Origin: Antedon mediterranea
Lineage: Eukaryota > Animalia > Echinodermata
Direction: 5' to 3'
NCBI RefSeq assembly: GCF_964355755.1
Contig: NC_092674.1
Location: 8,370,001-8,434,000 of the forward strand
DNA: 64,000 nt
The position numbers were made by a program, and so were the translations under genes. Below are positions 61,301 to 64,000 of the stretch, one piece after another; positions within the stretch are counted from its first letter, which is position 1, and every line of letters begins with the position of its first letter. Below the pieces are notes generated by a model. It had not been told where the DNA came from. It was given only the letters and a program-made list of their open reading frames with translations, and made no database searches.

Positions 61301-63086
61301 GGTTTCGTTTTGTATTCTATAGCCACACGAACGAAAAAAAAAAAGTAGGCCAACTTTCTGCAGCGTAAAGCAACGAGTATTCACTATAGTTAGTAATAAA
61401 TGCACACGTGGCGCCTCATAGCAAGTTCAATGTCTGTACCTACCTATACCTAGGGATAAACACAATACATTAGTGTAATACCCAGGAAACAGATGATTTG
61501 AAATGTATTAGTGTTGCATGTTGAACGTAACCATAATCCAATCAATAACAGAAAAATTTCCCTGAATCACCTAAAGCTATGCGTTTTTTTATTACAAAAT
61601 TATAATTACTAGAAATGGTACCTGTCTATTTCGGGTTAGGTTAAGTGTTTAATATCAGTGTGATGAATGTTGCATGTAAGTCAATAGACTCATCGCAACC
61701 ATGTATAGTGATTATCTATCTTCGCTTCAAAGATCGCGGCTGATTGGAGTGATGAATGTGTTTCGGAACCGAACAGAAAACGGCATATCGTATTTATTCG
61801 GATATTGTTCAAGAAGGTTTTAAGGTTGGGGGGTGGGGGGTTGGTGGGTTTTTTCTTTATTCGAGGTGGCGTAATTTCAAACGTGCCCCACAGAGAACGT
61901 TTGTTTGTTGGTGTGGGGTGGGTGGGGGTTGGAGGGTGCGCATTTATTCGAATAACATGCTTGTGTTATAAAAGGTTATTCCAGATATTTATTTATTTTT
62001 AATCGTATTCTGAAACCATGGTAAAACGTATTCCTAGTATTTCAATGTTAGAATACTAAATCTAGATGTACTGTACTTTTTTGGTTTTGGATTGAATTGA
62101 GAAACAGCGGTATCGGAACGTTATTTATAAATTTTGTAATTAGTAATATTCGTCGATGATTTAATAGGCCTACTTGTGTTGCACTCGTTCATCTTTTGAA
62201 ATCTAGGCCACCATTTTGTTTATTACCCGACTGCCATAAGGCTGCAGCAAATGCATTTGTAGTATTAGTATGATAATTAGGCCTATATTGCTGGTATGTT
62301 TGTATGGATGAAGCGCTTATAACAGTGTGTGTTACAGGTCATACAATCCTCTTAAAACTCATATCTAAAACAGATATAACCGTCTCAGGACAACGTTAGT
62401 AAATCACGCAAAATGATGCTCAATAATTAGGAAAATTTCTTGGTGTTGCTTTTGTCCACTGCCGACGTGTGTGAAACTCCCGCGTTTCAATATGTGCAAG
62501 CATTACGGTAATTTCAGGGCCACCCGCCTGACCCGACAGACGTACTAGGGCCTACATTGTTCAGAATGATTTTTGTTTAGACTATTTAGAGATATCACAT
62601 ATAAGATAAGGAAAATAAAATATATATATGTAAATGTATCATAAAATTACAATTTTTGTATAGCTCAATGTACTGTTTTTGTAAGGTGCCACACATATAT
62701 AGAGACCTTAAAAATGTCAAACCGACGCTTTCACGGGCGCCTTAAGACCTCCGATTCCATATCTCAAATTCGCCCCCTTTGTATCAAAATTTATATACAA
62801 TATTGTTTATGGCATGGCTATGTTATATGAAAGTGAACTAATAAACTCATTGGGTTTGTTTATCTTGTTAATTTCTCTCGGTGACGTCAATCGTTCTTAA
62901 AGGCTTCAAATGGGTATTCTTGTATAACGCAAACAAAATTCTTTCTTCGTTTTCTTTATAAAAAAAAGTAATCACTTATATATACGTGTAGCTTTACTTA
63001 ATAGAAATATTATAAACCTAAATACCTATTGTTTATATTCCACACGATCGGGTGTAGGCCTACGTCCGAACTGTCGAACCGAACCA

Positions 63087-63165
63087 TACCATGAAAGCCC
63101 AGTGGTCTAATAGTATGGTCCAATATCATTATCAACAAAGATTCCAGGTTCAAATCTTGGTTCTA
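63087..63165 (+). mobile_element. Decayed tRNA-derived SINE head (family of 25126-25197)
   Basis: TACCATGAAAGCCCAGTGGTCTAAT...GGTTCAAATCTTGGTT. Confidence 0.6.
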
Positions 63166-63749
63166 ACATAATAATAATAATAAATTAAATTTATAAACAT
63201 TTTCACCGTTGTTTAACCTTAATTTCCAGTATACCACCGGGCGTGATTCTGTTGTGTATTGAAAGTTGATGACCCGAGTGTTTACTGTATTGTTCTATAC
63301 TGTATTTGATTAAGATTGTACTGACAACGACTAAACGGCGTGTCGGTTACAAGGAATACGTTACGTAAGCGATACGTTTGTCGGCTGTGAAATCTGAAAT
63401 AGATTTTAATATTGATTGGGTTTAGGCTGTGTGATACAATTTTACCTTTAAATTTAAGTCACGGTTGACACACTACCACACGGGTTCACATTGACGTGTT
63501 GTGTTGTTGTTTGTATTTTATTTATATTCGACCTTCGTATTTTCCATTTCAAATAATTTTTCCATGACGATTATTATAAATTTTCCAATTTTTCCAAATA
63601 AAGAAGCTTTATCTATAATTATGAAGCGAGTCTAGTTTGAACGATTTTAAATCGGAGAGATTAAACGATACGCCGTTATTTTAAAATCGTTTGCAGACCT
63701 GGAATTTGATAGTTGTTTTTAAATTTATTTTCTTTATACTATGGTCGGT

Positions 63750-63962
63750 GTGGGTAAGAGTGGATGCCCCACTAATTAGTCATTTTATGAAATATGTCTA
63801 ATTATGCCAAATTTTAACCACTTACAGTATACCTATTACACAGTCGCTGAGGAGGAGTGGGTAAGGGTGGATGCCCCACTAATTAGTCATTTTATGAAAT
63901 ATGACTAATTATGCCAAATTTTAACCACTTACGGTACCTATTACACAGTCGCTGAGGAGGAG
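63750..63962. repeat. Tandem duplication, ~107-bp unit x2
   Basis: Units start at 63750 and 63857, with a few substitutions and a 2-nt indel. Confidence 0.9.
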
Positions 63963-64000
63963 ACTTATAACAAATTGAAATGTATCGCGGCGCACGACAG

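Noticed and set aside
49818-62002. Scattered 60-111 aa ORFs in the right-hand region
   Set aside because: No recognisable homology or consistent exon chain; several overlap repeats.

Overview
AT-rich eukaryotic (metazoan, probably an invertebrate deuterostome; taxon is inferred, not shown) genomic window. The left ~37 kb is a compact cluster of intron-containing housekeeping genes, reconstructed by hand from GT-AG splice sites and reading-frame continuity: the 5' part of a TSPAN6/7-like tetraspanin (-), TMLHE (+, ~429 aa), TTC14 (+, ~1818 aa, with a very large repeat-expanded last exon), COG7 (+, ~755 aa, 21 coding exons) and ATP6AP2 (-, ~358 aa). The right ~27 kb has no recognisable host gene. 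It carries a complete, apparently very young BEL/Pao LTR retrotransposon (688-bp LTRs with no difference seen, GTACA target-site duplication, intact 1902-aa ORF), decayed LINE ends, nested non-autonomous DNA transposons and minisatellites. One Harbinger-type MITE family occurs about 17 times. Best leads: three repeat arrays in the TTC14 tail (including YSRSPT/QSP 22-mers and CxxxxC units), a BEL element with no canonical tRNA primer site, a TTAGA/TCTAA-targeting TIR family beside a 22-bp minimal hairpin, and a triple M-box/CLEAR-like cluster at ATP6AP2. There is no CRISPR array or prokaryotic system. All coordinates were read by eye and may be off by a few bases.
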